A stretch of DNA of 64,000 nucleotides from Acidimicrobiales bacterium (GCA_030743005.1 JASLTG010000013.1:762-64761), one strand, 5' to 3'. Positions 19,309 through 29,081 are shown, numbered from the stretch's first letter. Numbers and translations are program-made. The notes: a model not told the origin generated them from the letters alone.

Positions 19309-19989
19309 TTATCGGCGACGACTTTCACCTAAGCGGTAGCCAACGCTTCGCACGGTTTGGATTAGGGCAGCGTATTCTTCGCCAAGTTTCGCCCGCAGCC
19401 GTCGGACATGAACATCTACTGTCCTTGCGCCACCGTAATACTCATAACCCCAGACTCTGCTGAGAAGGACCTCTCTTGTAAACACCCTTCCGGGGGTCGC
19501 TGCCAAGAACCTGAGCAACTCGTACTCCATGAACGTCAAATCCAGAGGTCGATTGTTGACCGAAGCTTCATAAGTTTCCAGGTCTAAAATCAATGGGCCG
19601 TATTCGATCCGTTCTCCACTGAGATCACCTCCCGAAGAGGCAAGCATGTGTCTAACTCGAGCTTCGAGTTCTCGAGGATGAAACGGGTCCAGGCAAAAAT
19701 CGTCAAAAAGATCGTCACGTAGATCGAGTTCGTTCAATTCGTTGCCCCTGACCATCAACAACAGTGGAGCCACTGGAACGTCACGCCTACGTAAGGCTCG
19801 AAGCATCCCCCAACCAAGATCGCTGTTCTCGCCCAGTTGGACTATCGCCCCACCCCACCCCTCGTCGGGTTCGAAGAGGTCTACATCAGATGGCTGGGCC
19901 ACGCCCTTCCACACGAAACCGCTCAGATCTAAAAGCTGAGCTAGCTCAGGGGCTGGGTCCGCGGGGTAAATAGCTAGAACGGTCATCAC
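19309..19989 (-). CDS. OmpR/GlnR-type winged-helix response regulator with an atypical receiver
   Basis: The C-terminus LTFMEYELLRFLA...TVDVHVRRLRAKL...SVGYRL is an OmpR-family trans_reg_C domain. The receiver lacks the usual acidic pocket and the conserved Asp context. The start overlaps the glnA stop. Confidence 0.75.
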   Translation of the reverse strand: MMTVLAIYPADPAPELAQLLDLSGFVWKGVAQPSDVDLFEPDEGWGGAIVQLGENSDLGWGMLRALRRRDVPVAPLLLMVRGNELNELDLRDDLFDDFCLDPFHPRELEARVRHMLASSGGDLSGERIEYGPLILDLETYEASVNNRPLDLTFMEYELLRFLAATPGRVFTREVLLSRVWGYEYYGGARTVDVHVRRLRAKLGEEYAALIQTVRSVGYRLGESRRR

Positions 19990-21317
19990 AAACTTGAGTA
20001 ATACCGGTCAAGTTCAAATGGGGTTACTTGGGCTTTATAGTCGTTCCACTCACGCCGCTTGTTTCGAAGAAACCAACTGAACAAGTGATCGCCCAAAGTG
20101 TCAGCTACAAGGTCGCTTTTCTCCATTTCGTCGAGCGCCTCATCTAATGACTGGGGAAGTTGAGCCTGATCGATTAAGCCGCCGTGTTCAGTGAATCCGG
20201 TCATCGAAGGTGGCGCTTCAAGTGGTAATTCGTAGCCCTGTTCGATTCCCTTCATTCCTGCGGCGAGCATTACCGCAAAAGCTAGGTAAGGGTTACATGC
20301 AGGATCAGGCGCTCGATACTCGATCCGAGTCGTGTCATCAACACCGCCCTCGCGGCTTGTGGGAACTCGTATAAGAGCGGCGCGGTTGGCCCGGGCCCAC
20401 GAAACATTTACCGGTGCCTCATAACCGGTTACCAGTCTTTTGTAACTGTTCACAAGTTGATTGGTAATAGCGGTGATTTCTCGCGCGTGATGTAGGAGGC
20501 CAGCAATAAAACCGCGGGCAACATCAGACAGGCCATCTGGACTTTCCGGGTCGTGGAAAGCGTTGACCCCATCTCTAAATAACGACAGATGAGTATGCAT
20601 CCCTGAACCCTGAACACCCGTTAACGGCTTAGGCATGAATGTCGCGTGCACTCCGTGTTCGAGAGCTATTTCCCGAACGATTAAACGAAATGTCATGACA
20701 TTGTCCGCCATGGTCAAGGCATCGGTATAACGCAAATCAATTTCGTGCTGGCTCGGGGCGTCTTCGTGGAATGAATATTCCACAGGGATCCCCATTGCCT
20801 CCAAAGTTGTCAGTGTTTGACGACGAATATTGCTCGCTACATCAGCGGTGGTCAGATCAAAATAACTGCCGTTATCTAGTGGAACGGGATCACCGTTTCT
20901 GTCTGCTTCGAACAAGAAATACTCAAGTTCGGGAGCCGTGAAAAACGTGAAACCTTGGGCAAGGGCTCGTTCCATTGAGCGTCGCAACACTTGCCTGGAG
21001 TCACCCGGGAATGCGCTCCCATCGGCTCGTTCAATGTCGCAAAACATTCGAGCCGCATTTTCGTCGTTACCACCCCAGCGCATTAATTCGAAAGTCGCCG
21101 GATCAGGGCGAGCGACCATGTCCTCTTCTCGGACCCTACTGAAACCGTCGATCGAAGAACCATCGAACACCATGCCGCTCTCGAATGCAGTTTCGAGTTC
21201 AGCAGGAGAAATCGCAAACGACTTCAGCTGACCCTGAACATCGGTAAACCACAGACGAACTAAACGAACCCCGCGTTCCTCAACACGTCTTTGCACATAG
21301 TCCTGTGGTCGTTCCAT
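19986..21317 (-). CDS. glnA: glutamine synthetase, type I
   Basis: FTDVQGQLKSF, MVFDGSSI, and the GSGMHTHLSL ATP-binding signature. 443 aa. Confidence 0.9.
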   Translation of the reverse strand: MERPQDYVQRRVEERGVRLVRLWFTDVQGQLKSFAISPAELETAFESGMVFDGSSIDGFSRVREEDMVARPDPATFELMRWGGNDENAARMFCDIERADGSAFPGDSRQVLRRSMERALAQGFTFFTAPELEYFLFEADRNGDPVPLDNGSYFDLTTADVASNIRRQTLTTLEAMGIPVEYSFHEDAPSQHEIDLRYTDALTMADNVMTFRLIVREIALEHGVHATFMPKPLTGVQGSGMHTHLSLFRDGVNAFHDPESPDGLSDVARGFIAGLLHHAREITAITNQLVNSYKRLVTGYEAPVNVSWARANRAALIRVPTSREGGVDDTTRIEYRAPDPACNPYLAFAVMLAAGMKGIEQGYELPLEAPPSMTGFTEHGGLIDQAQLPQSLDEALDEMEKSDLVADTLGDHLFSWFLRNKRREWNDYKAQVTPFELDRYYSSL

Positions 21318-21569
21318 CTGAGTTCACTTTCTCATGTGGCGCCGTGCGCTTACAACACTGAACCTATTCTTGGCGGTTCTCGCTGTAAATCAAACCTTGA
21401 AGCGTTCCGTTTACATGACTTTCACAATTGCATGACGAGGCTAAAACTAGGGGTCTGTGGGCTTATTAGTAAGGCCCGACCGTTCGGTTAGTCGAAAAAT
21501 GGTGCGCTGAGGTCATTCTAATTGTTAGCTTGCCTTTCGATCCCGCCCCCTCTAACAGGAGTAAACACA

Positions 21570-22583
21570 GTGGCGTATAGGGCTGAATACATATGGATTG
21601 ACGGAACAGAACCAACCGCAGAGATCAGGTCTAAGACCAAAGTCCTTGCAGATGGTGATGACCCCGGAATATGGGGTTTTGACGGATCAAGCACGAATCA
21701 GGCAACTGGCGACAATTCCGACGTCGTACTACAGCCCGTATTTCAGTGCCCTGATCCAATTCGCGGAGGCAACGACATCCTCGTTCTATGCGAAACCTTG
21801 TTGACATCGGACATGTCGCCGCACCCAACCAACACTCGCGCTGCAGCACGAGCCGCTTTGGACCAATATGGCGACCAAGAACCCTGGTTCGGGTTGGAGC
21901 AGGAATACACCATGCTAGATCCAGCCACAGGTTGGCCTGCTGGCTTTCCTGCCGGTGGGTTCCCCGCCCCGCAAGGGCCGTATTACTGCGGAGTCGGCGC
22001 TGTGAAGATTCGCGGCCGTGACCTCGTAGAGCAACACACAACGTGGTGCATCGAAGCCGGATTGGCGATATCTGGCACAAACGCTGAAGTTATGCCCGGC
22101 CAGTGGGAATTCCAGATAGGTCCCGTGGACACAGTCGCTGTTGGCGATCACCTCTGGATGGCCCGTTACCTGCTCTACCGTGCAGGCGAAGAGCACGGCT
22201 TGGAAATCAGCATCGAAGCGAAACCCATGAAGGGTGACTGGAACGGAGCTGGTATGCACACCAACTTCTCAACCAACGCCATGCGTGAAAACTATGACGC
22301 CGTTGAAAAGGCTGCTGAATCTATGGGTGCACCTGGCAAACCACAAGAACACCTTGCTGGCTATGGCATAGGAATCGAAGATCGTTTGACCGGTGAACAT
22401 GAAACTCAAAGGTTTGACCAGTTCAGCTATGGAGTTTCGGATCGAGGAGCATCGATACGGATTCCATGGCAGGTCGCCCAAGACGGTAAGGGATATATAG
22501 AAGACCGCAGGCCTAATGCAAATGCTGACCCGTATGTTGTGGCAACACTGTTGACCAACACATGCTGCGCTGCTTTGGCATAA
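21570..22583 (+). CDS. glnII: glutamine synthetase, type II (eukaryote-like)
   Basis: VAYRAEYIWIDG..GFDGSSTNQA..GAGMHTNFS. The GTG at 21570 lies 9 nt after AGGAG and gives 337 aa, the usual GSII size. Confidence 0.85.
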   Translation: MAYRAEYIWIDGTEPTAEIRSKTKVLADGDDPGIWGFDGSSTNQATGDNSDVVLQPVFQCPDPIRGGNDILVLCETLLTSDMSPHPTNTRAAARAALDQYGDQEPWFGLEQEYTMLDPATGWPAGFPAGGFPAPQGPYYCGVGAVKIRGRDLVEQHTTWCIEAGLAISGTNAEVMPGQWEFQIGPVDTVAVGDHLWMARYLLYRAGEEHGLEISIEAKPMKGDWNGAGMHTNFSTNAMRENYDAVEKAAESMGAPGKPQEHLAGYGIGIEDRLTGEHETQRFDQFSYGVSDRGASIRIPWQVAQDGKGYIEDRRPNANADPYVVATLLTNTCCAALA

Positions 22584-22603
22584 CGCAATATCTCGGTTAA
22601 CGA

Positions 22604-22640
22604 TTTGGGCGGGGCCAACGGCCCCGCCCAAATACTTTTC
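22604..22640 (+). terminator. rho-independent terminator after glnII
   Basis: Perfect 13-bp stem TTTGGGCGGGGCC / GGCCCCGCCCAAA followed by TACTTTT. Confidence 0.7.
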
Positions 22641-22675
22641 GCAGTTGACCTCTGTCTGCTTCTAGCCTCATACCC

Positions 22676-24352
22676 ATGGCTTCGATCAGAGTTGCCCTAG
22701 CGCAACTCAACTTTCGTTTAGGTGACTTCGACTCGAATGTCGCCTCAATTACCGAAGCTTATGATCAGTCTCTTGAACGCGAAGCCGACGTTGTCGTCTT
22801 TAGCGAACTAGCAGTATGCGGTTACCCACCAGAGGATTTACTTCTAAAACAACGTTTTCTTGAGGACGCACGTGCGGCGCTGGAAGACATTGCAGCTCGC
22901 ACCTCCGACGCTGTCGCTGTCGTGGGATTCCCTGAGCAGGAAGGCCAACACATATACAACTCGGCTGCTGTTTGCCATCAGGGTGCAGTCAAAGGTATTT
23001 ATCGAAAGCAGTTGCTTCCTAACTACTCGGTTTTTGACGAGAAGCGCTATTTCTCACCTGGCACTTCAGCAGGTCCGATCGTCCAAATCGCCGGTGTGAT
23101 GGTCGGTATTTCTATTTGCGAAGACCAGTGGTTCGACGAAGGTCCCCTGAATGACCAGATCACTTCAGGCGTGGGCTTAGCGATCTCCTTGAACGCGTCT
23201 CCGTATCAACGAGGCAAAGATGCGGACCGAGCGTCGACGATTATAGAACGGGTTACCAGTCACAAGATCCCGGTTGTGTATGTAAATCAGGTAGGGGGCC
23301 AAGACGAATTAATTTTCGACGGCTCTTCTTTTGTCGCAAATTCTCAGGGCGAACTCGTTGCTCGCCTTCCCCAGTTTGAAGAAGCCGTTCAACTTGTTGA
23401 CCTTGATGTAGACGAATGCAGCTCTGACGGGTTACCGGTAATCGTCACTTCAACAAAACAGAAGACGAAGAGTGCGATAGCAGAACCTGTGGTCGTAGAA
23501 GGTGACGAAACGATCGCTGAAGTCTGGAACGCACTGGTGCTGGCCACCCGCGATTACGTCAACAAAAACGGATTCAGCGAAGTTGTTATTGGTTTATCGG
23601 GGGGAGTGGACTCAAGTCTGGTGGCAGCGATCGCCGTTGACGCTCTTGGCCCTGAACGGGTCCATGGAGTATCGATGCCGTCCCGGTACTCAAGCCGAGG
23701 ATCAGAAGATGACGCTGCTGAGTTGGCAGGGAACTTTGGTATCGATTTTCAAACGATTCCAATCGAGGCCGGGTACGCAGCATTGACCAGCATGCTTGAG
23801 CCTGTTTTTCGTGGCCATAGCCCAGACCTCACAGAGGAGAATCTTCAAAGTCGCCTGCGCGGGATATTGCTGATGGCGATGTCAAATAAGAAGGGCTGGT
23901 TGGTTCTGACAACGGGGAATAAGAGCGAAACCTCAGTCGGCTATTCAACGCTTTATGGCGATACAGCGGGAGGCTTCGCGGTGCTAAAAGACTGCCCAAA
24001 GCTGCTCGTCTACGAACTGTGTCGTTGGCGGAATAGTCAAACGACTTCCTCGTGGATTCCAGAAGCATCGATCAGTAAGCCTCCGTCTGCAGAACTGAGA
24101 CCAGATCAAACCGACGATCAATCACTACCGCCTTACGAACTTTTGGATCCGTTGCTTGAGGCATATGTGGAACAAGATCGGTCTGCTGCAGAACTTGTTG
24201 CAGAAGGCTATGACCCAGAAATAGTTGAGCAGATAACCCGACTCGTAGATTTAGCGGAGTACAAGAGACGTCAGTCACCCCCAGGTCCTCGAATCTCTGC
24301 CAAAGCCTTCGGAAAGGATCGCCGGTTACCCATAACTAACCGGTACCGCTAG
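22676..24352 (+). CDS. nadE: glutamine-dependent NAD+ synthetase
   Basis: N-terminal nitrilase/CN-hydrolase domain (IRVALAQLN..FSELAVCGYPPEDL) plus a synthetase domain with the GLSGGVDSS PP-loop. Confidence 0.9.
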   Translation: MASIRVALAQLNFRLGDFDSNVASITEAYDQSLEREADVVVFSELAVCGYPPEDLLLKQRFLEDARAALEDIAARTSDAVAVVGFPEQEGQHIYNSAAVCHQGAVKGIYRKQLLPNYSVFDEKRYFSPGTSAGPIVQIAGVMVGISICEDQWFDEGPLNDQITSGVGLAISLNASPYQRGKDADRASTIIERVTSHKIPVVYVNQVGGQDELIFDGSSFVANSQGELVARLPQFEEAVQLVDLDVDECSSDGLPVIVTSTKQKTKSAIAEPVVVEGDETIAEVWNALVLATRDYVNKNGFSEVVIGLSGGVDSSLVAAIAVDALGPERVHGVSMPSRYSSRGSEDDAAELAGNFGIDFQTIPIEAGYAALTSMLEPVFRGHSPDLTEENLQSRLRGILLMAMSNKKGWLVLTTGNKSETSVGYSTLYGDTAGGFAVLKDCPKLLVYELCRWRNSQTTSSWIPEASISKPPSAELRPDQTDDQSLPPYELLDPLLEAYVEQDRSAAELVAEGYDPEIVEQITRLVDLAEYKRRQSPPGPRISAKAFGKDRRLPITNRYR

Positions 24353-24478
24353 GGCTGTTAACCAACAAGATCTGCAGACTTTTTATTCTGGCTTAACGGA
24401 CTGTAAGCTCAGCGGCACTCTCAAGACACGAGTGAACCAACCAAGCAGTTAGCTGCTTCTCTACGCGAAAGAACGTCG

Positions 24479-25135
24479 ATGACAGAAACCAAGAGGCCCC
24501 GAGAGCCGTTCGCGCCATGGGATCGACGTGCCCTCCCAGGGTTATTTGATGTTGATGAGACCGCAAAGCGTGTAGGTCATTACAAATGGGTCGAACTGAA
24601 ATTGTTCGAAGCTCTCGGTGGGTGGGTGGCCACGGTTCCAGAGCTTGACGTCAAAATGCGTCTCGGGACTCACTGTTACCACCATGCATGGCACGCAGAT
24701 TTGTTCGATAAACGCCTCCCCGAATTGCGAGAAATGAAGACCGACCGGCTGACTCTTCCAGCTAATGACCATATGGTGGCCTTCATCGACGCAATGACTG
24801 AACCCGAAGAGGCTGCTATGACGATTGAGAAGCTGGTCGGGGTCTACCGGGTTCTCATTCCTCACAAGATCGCTGCCTACACATACCACCGCAACGCGAC
24901 TTCAGAAATAACGGACATGCCTACCGTTAGAATTTTGGACTTCATTCTTCAAGATGAATTCAACGACTGGCGTGAAGGTGAAATGCTTATTCAATCGATG
25001 ATTGAAACCGAAGAAGAACTTGATCGTGCGATGATTCATCAAACCAAGCTCGAAAAGCTTATGCTGGCTGCAGGTGGTATCGCCGGTCCAGGTTCGATCG
25101 GAGACCCCTACGTGGAAATACCAGAGGAGAACTGA
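24479..25135 (+). CDS. hypothetical protein, first gene of a coupled three-gene operon
   Basis: 218 aa with a His-rich helix GTHCYHHAWHADLF. I recognise no family. Confidence 0.6.
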   Translation: MTETKRPREPFAPWDRRALPGLFDVDETAKRVGHYKWVELKLFEALGGWVATVPELDVKMRLGTHCYHHAWHADLFDKRLPELREMKTDRLTLPANDHMVAFIDAMTEPEEAAMTIEKLVGVYRVLIPHKIAAYTYHRNATSEITDMPTVRILDFILQDEFNDWREGEMLIQSMIETEEELDRAMIHQTKLEKLMLAAGGIAGPGSIGDPYVEIPEEN

Positions 25136-25935
25136 TGCGAAAGATCTTTCCTGCTGAAGAATTGGCCCGTGATGGCCGATTCATTCGCCAAACGAATGAA
25201 CAACGGATGGGTGACCCGCGTGGTGCACGGATAGCGGGTGGAAATAGTGGCGACCGGCTAGCGAAACTGACTCCCGAGCTAGCTAATGGGCCAGATCGAG
25301 CTCGCGCCCTAATGCACGGCATTTTCGTGGGCGAAATCCAAGCCCTTGAAGGTGCAGGTCGCACTTGCTGGGACTTCGAAGTCGGAGAAGACGTTCCACT
25401 TGAGTTGAAGCTCGACATGGCTCGCCAATGCTGGGATGAGGCGCGTCATTGCGAAATCTCGGTAGCGCTAGCTGAACATATGGGAACAGAGCTTGGCGAG
25501 TACGCCGAAAATGCTCTTCTCTACGAAGCGGCATGCAACCCTGACCCAGTCCTACGTCTCACTGGGGTCAATCGGGCCTTAGAAGGCCTTGCTATAGATG
25601 TTTTCAACACCATGAAAGAGTTCGGAAACATGGCCGGCGACCCGGTTTTGGAATTCTGTGAGGATTGGATGTTGGCCGATGAAGTCACCCACGTGAAGAT
25701 GGGTTCAGACTGGTTGCGCCGACTCACAGAAAATGACAAAGAACGTCTCGACAAGGCCCTGGAATTTCAGAAAGTTGTTGACAGGCTCTTCTCCTTTAAC
25801 GGATTCCGAGGCGAAGAAGATGACAGTCCTATCCAGCTCACCCGTCGCTTCCGTGAACTAGCAGGCTTCAGTGATGATGAGATCGACGAGATCGCTGACA
25901 TGTCGAGAGAAGCCAGAGTTGAGGCATCTAGCTGA
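25135..25935 (+). CDS. ferritin-like diiron-carboxylate protein (DUF455-like)
   Basis: Two ExxH motifs (DEARH, DEVTH) and two single-Glu helices (EIQALEG, ALEGLA). The start overlaps the upstream stop (TGATG). Confidence 0.6.
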   Translation: MRKIFPAEELARDGRFIRQTNEQRMGDPRGARIAGGNSGDRLAKLTPELANGPDRARALMHGIFVGEIQALEGAGRTCWDFEVGEDVPLELKLDMARQCWDEARHCEISVALAEHMGTELGEYAENALLYEAACNPDPVLRLTGVNRALEGLAIDVFNTMKEFGNMAGDPVLEFCEDWMLADEVTHVKMGSDWLRRLTENDKERLDKALEFQKVVDRLFSFNGFRGEEDDSPIQLTRRFRELAGFSDDEIDEIADMSREARVEASS

Positions 25936-26477
25936 TGACCCAGGTGTCAGTGACACCCGAGTCTTTCGAGATGGTCTTCTACGACGCTGCGGTGATTGGC
26001 GAAGTTGTCGCAGAGGTAGCTGAACGACTTGGTTTCGAAGAAACCATCACACTCGAAATCGACGAGCGGTCCCCGCTCGGCCGAAGCAAAATAACGAGCT
26101 ACGACCCTATTGAACTCTGGGTTGATGGCGGAGCTTTGGAAAATACGAAACGACCACGCCAATTTGGTACCGCTCGAGCTCGAGACACTATTGGAAGGCT
26201 CCTCCTCCGGATCTTGGATCGTCGATCGGGACGGTTCAACGAAACACCAGATGATGACGAGTTGGACCTAATGCAATTCGCTGCATGGGATGTGCACTGT
26301 GTCGGCCGACTGGAACGACTTGGAATCGGAGGACAACGCCAACGGCGTCTGTACCAATTCCGGAACCGGCACGGGTTTAGCGATGTTGCTGATGCCGCGT
26401 TTGAACAGCTGTGGGACTCAAGTGAACTGAGCTGGACAGAGATTGAACGCATATCAGGGGACTGCCGGACCGCCTAG
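25935..26477 (+). CDS. hypothetical protein, third gene of the coupled operon
   Basis: 180 aa with a TGATG overlap to the upstream gene. I recognise no family. Confidence 0.55.
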   Translation: MTQVSVTPESFEMVFYDAAVIGEVVAEVAERLGFEETITLEIDERSPLGRSKITSYDPIELWVDGGALENTKRPRQFGTARARDTIGRLLLRILDRRSGRFNETPDDDELDLMQFAAWDVHCVGRLERLGIGGQRQRRLYQFRNRHGFSDVADAAFEQLWDSSELSWTEIERISGDCRTA

Positions 26478-26496
26478 CGGTCAAGTCGTCGATTCG

Positions 26497-27441
26497 CTAG
26501 TTCGACGCGACCTGATTAGCAATCCACGGATAGGTATTAGCGAGCCCCTGAACTAGATCGAATTTAGGGTCGAAGCCAAGTGATTCGATCCGGTCATTAG
26601 AGAAGTTGCGATTTTGCACCCCAACTGGGCCGGGTACCCACAACGGAGTGATCAGCTTTTCTGCTGATGAAGCGACTAGTTCAACAAGTTCTTGCACTGA
26701 CACGTACTCGCGCGTACCGATATTTGTTGGCTCACTCACTTCGCTATCCACCAGCCGTCGAACACCTTCAACGAGATCATCGACATAGATGAAGCTGCGC
26801 ACCGCTGAGCCGTCTCCCCATACTTCGATAGTTCCATCGGTTGATTCAGCGACTTTGCGACACAACGCTGCAGGCGCCTTTTCGCGGCCACCAGTCCACG
26901 TTCCTTCGGGCCCATAACAGTTCTGGAATCGGGCAATACGTGCTTGAAAGCGGCCCTCACGGGCGTAGGAGGCCACTGCTCGCTCCGCGTATAGTTTCTC
27001 CCATCCGTATTCGTTGTCAGGTAACGCCGGATACGCATCATCTTCAGTTAACTCAGCCTCACCTAACTCCATGTCGCGATACACGCACACCGAACTAGCT
27101 AAGAAATAGCGGTCGATTCCAGCGTGCGCTGCTGCTTCAACAACGTTGACGTTAACCAACATGCTGTTATGCATGATCTGAGTCTCCGCTGAATGAATAA
27201 ATCCCATTCCGCCCATGTCTGCAGCTAGTTGGTACACCTCATCAAACCCGCCGATGAGTGCCGCTGCCGCAGAGTCCGGGTTACGAAGATCGGCGACCAC
27301 AAATTCGTCCGCGTGGCTAGAACTCCACTCCGGTTGTTTTATATCAACGCCTCGTACCCAGTAGCCGTCGGCGACTAGACGCCTAACCAGATGGCTCCCA
27401 ATGAAACCACCTGCACCGCAAACCAAAGCTCGCTTCGTCAC
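26497..27441 (-). CDS. NAD-dependent nucleotide-sugar epimerase/dehydratase
   Basis: VCGAGGFIGSHLVRRL Rossmann motif and YGWEKLYAE (YxxxK). Confidence 0.8.
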   Translation of the reverse strand: MTKRALVCGAGGFIGSHLVRRLVADGYWVRGVDIKQPEWSSSHADEFVVADLRNPDSAAAALIGGFDEVYQLAADMGGMGFIHSAETQIMHNSMLVNVNVVEAAAHAGIDRYFLASSVCVYRDMELGEAELTEDDAYPALPDNEYGWEKLYAERAVASYAREGRFQARIARFQNCYGPEGTWTGGREKAPAALCRKVAESTDGTIEVWGDGSAVRSFIYVDDLVEGVRRLVDSEVSEPTNIGTREYVSVQELVELVASSAEKLITPLWVPGPVGVQNRNFSNDRIESLGFDPKFDLVQGLANTYPWIANQVASN

Positions 27442-27450
27442 GTTGGCCTT

Positions 27451-27786
27451 TCAGTTCAGATCGTGGGCGCTGAGACCCTGTAGCAGGTCAATATCTGGGC
27501 GTTCAGCAAGTATCCCTGAACATGATTCCGCCATTTCGACCATAACAGGAGAGTCGAAATGCGCTCGAGCAGCATCGTCTGATTCCCATTTCTCTATGAT
27601 CACGAACCGGTTCGGGTCGGTGAATGACACACAGAGATCTGCATTGCGGCATTCGGTCTCTTTGCGAGTCATCACCACATATTTGGATAACACCGGCAGC
27701 AATAGATCGGGCTCATTTGCCTCGAAAGTTAGTTTCAGAAGAGCGATTTCAAGGCCATCATCAGGGATCGATATCGGTTCAGTCAT
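27451..27786 (-). CDS. antibiotic-biosynthesis-monooxygenase (ABM) domain protein
   Basis: 111 aa. NRFVIIEKWESDDAARAHFDSP is typical of the ABM ferredoxin-like fold. Confidence 0.65.
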   Translation of the reverse strand: MTEPISIPDDGLEIALLKLTFEANEPDLLLPVLSKYVVMTRKETECRNADLCVSFTDPNRFVIIEKWESDDAARAHFDSPVMVEMAESCSGILAERPDIDLLQGLSAHDLN

Positions 27787-27961
27787 CTTCTACTCACAGT
27801 CCGTGTCGGAAATCGCGATTCCAGCCGGTAGTTTCCAGGCAAGCGATTAGGCTCGTTAGTCAGAGCCTGGGAATTAGATCGTGTCGTTGACGTGACGAGC
27901 GTACCGGCGGAAGGCACTACTTTGTAGTCGTCTTCACTGGTCGGGGGAAAGAGGTCGGAAG

Positions 27962-28912
27962 GTGGCCAAGAATCGGGTCGAAAGAGATGAAGAAGACCTA
28001 GTTCGTCTTTACCTCACCGATATCGGACAGTATCCACTTCTAACGAAGGACGACGAAGTTCGGCTAGCGCAAGAAATCGAAGCTGGCACCGAAGCCCGAA
28101 CAGCGCTAGAGGCCGATCAACTAGTAGACGGCTCAGCCATAACTCCCACAAAAAAACGTGAACTACGGCGAGCTGACCGTAAAGGCGAGAGAGCCGAACG
28201 AACCTTCGTTCAATCCAACTTGCGTCTCGTTGTATCAATAGCCAAGAAATATCAGGCATCAGGACTTCCACTTCTCGACCTCATTCAAGAAGGCAACCTT
28301 GGGTTAATGCACGCTGTCGAAAAATTCGACTGGCGCAAAGGTTTCAAATTCTCCACTTACGCAACATGGTGGATTCGCCAAGCCATAACTCGAGGCATCG
28401 CGAACACCGGTCGCACAATCAGGCTTCCGGTTCATGCCGGAGACACCCTTGCCCGACTTCAGAAAGCTCGTTCCCGGTTGGAACTCAAATTTGGACGTCC
28501 AGCGACTCTCGCCGAACTTTCAGTAGAAGTTGACATGCCTGAGGACAAAGTGTCAGAAGCGCTCCGGTTCGCGGCAGAACCACTTTCACTGTCTGAACCT
28601 CTCCGCGAAGATGGCGACGCCGAATTAGGTGACGTGGTCGAAGATCGAAATGCCGAAGACCCTGAAGAAGCAGCAGCTGTTGCACGCCTTCCCGATGAGA
28701 TCACAAAACTGCTCGGTCCTCTTGATGAAAGAGAAAGAGAAATACTGAAACTCAGATTCGGTCTCGATCGCGGAGAACCACGCACCCTCGAAGAGGTGGG
28801 TGAGCACTTCAACCTGACCCGAGAACGCATCCGGCAAATCGAAGCGCGGGCAATGTCCAAGTTGCGACATCCGAGCAGCGACACCGGGGCGCGAGATTTA
28901 CTGGGAGTCTGA
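27962..28912 (+). CDS. RpoD-family (group 1/2, SigA/SigB-like) RNA polymerase sigma factor
   Basis: YLTDIGQYPLLTKDDE (region 1.2), LIQEGNLGLMHAVEKFD and ATWWIRQAITR (region 2), and EVGEHFNLTRERIRQIEARAMSKLR (region 4.2). Confidence 0.9.
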   Translation: MAKNRVERDEEDLVRLYLTDIGQYPLLTKDDEVRLAQEIEAGTEARTALEADQLVDGSAITPTKKRELRRADRKGERAERTFVQSNLRLVVSIAKKYQASGLPLLDLIQEGNLGLMHAVEKFDWRKGFKFSTYATWWIRQAITRGIANTGRTIRLPVHAGDTLARLQKARSRLELKFGRPATLAELSVEVDMPEDKVSEALRFAAEPLSLSEPLREDGDAELGDVVEDRNAEDPEEAAAVARLPDEITKLLGPLDEREREILKLRFGLDRGEPRTLEEVGEHFNLTRERIRQIEARAMSKLRHPSSDTGARDLLGV

Positions 28913-28917
28913 GTTAC

Positions 28918-28949
28918 CTAAACCGGTCACACAGACGTTTAGTTTTTTT
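28918..28949 (+). terminator. rho-independent terminator after the sigma factor gene
   Basis: Interrupted stem CTAAAC-CG-GTC / GAC-GTTTAG with loop ACACA, followed by T7. Confidence 0.6.
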
Positions 28950-29081
28950 GGGCACTAGTTCTCAGAGAGCTTTCGAGCGGCAATTGCCACCAAGGCTCCG
29001 ACGACGATTGCCAGCAGAAGCTTTTTCACGTTGGTTCCTTTCGGTCAGATTTTTGGATCTCGGGGAGTAGTTGGACAGACT

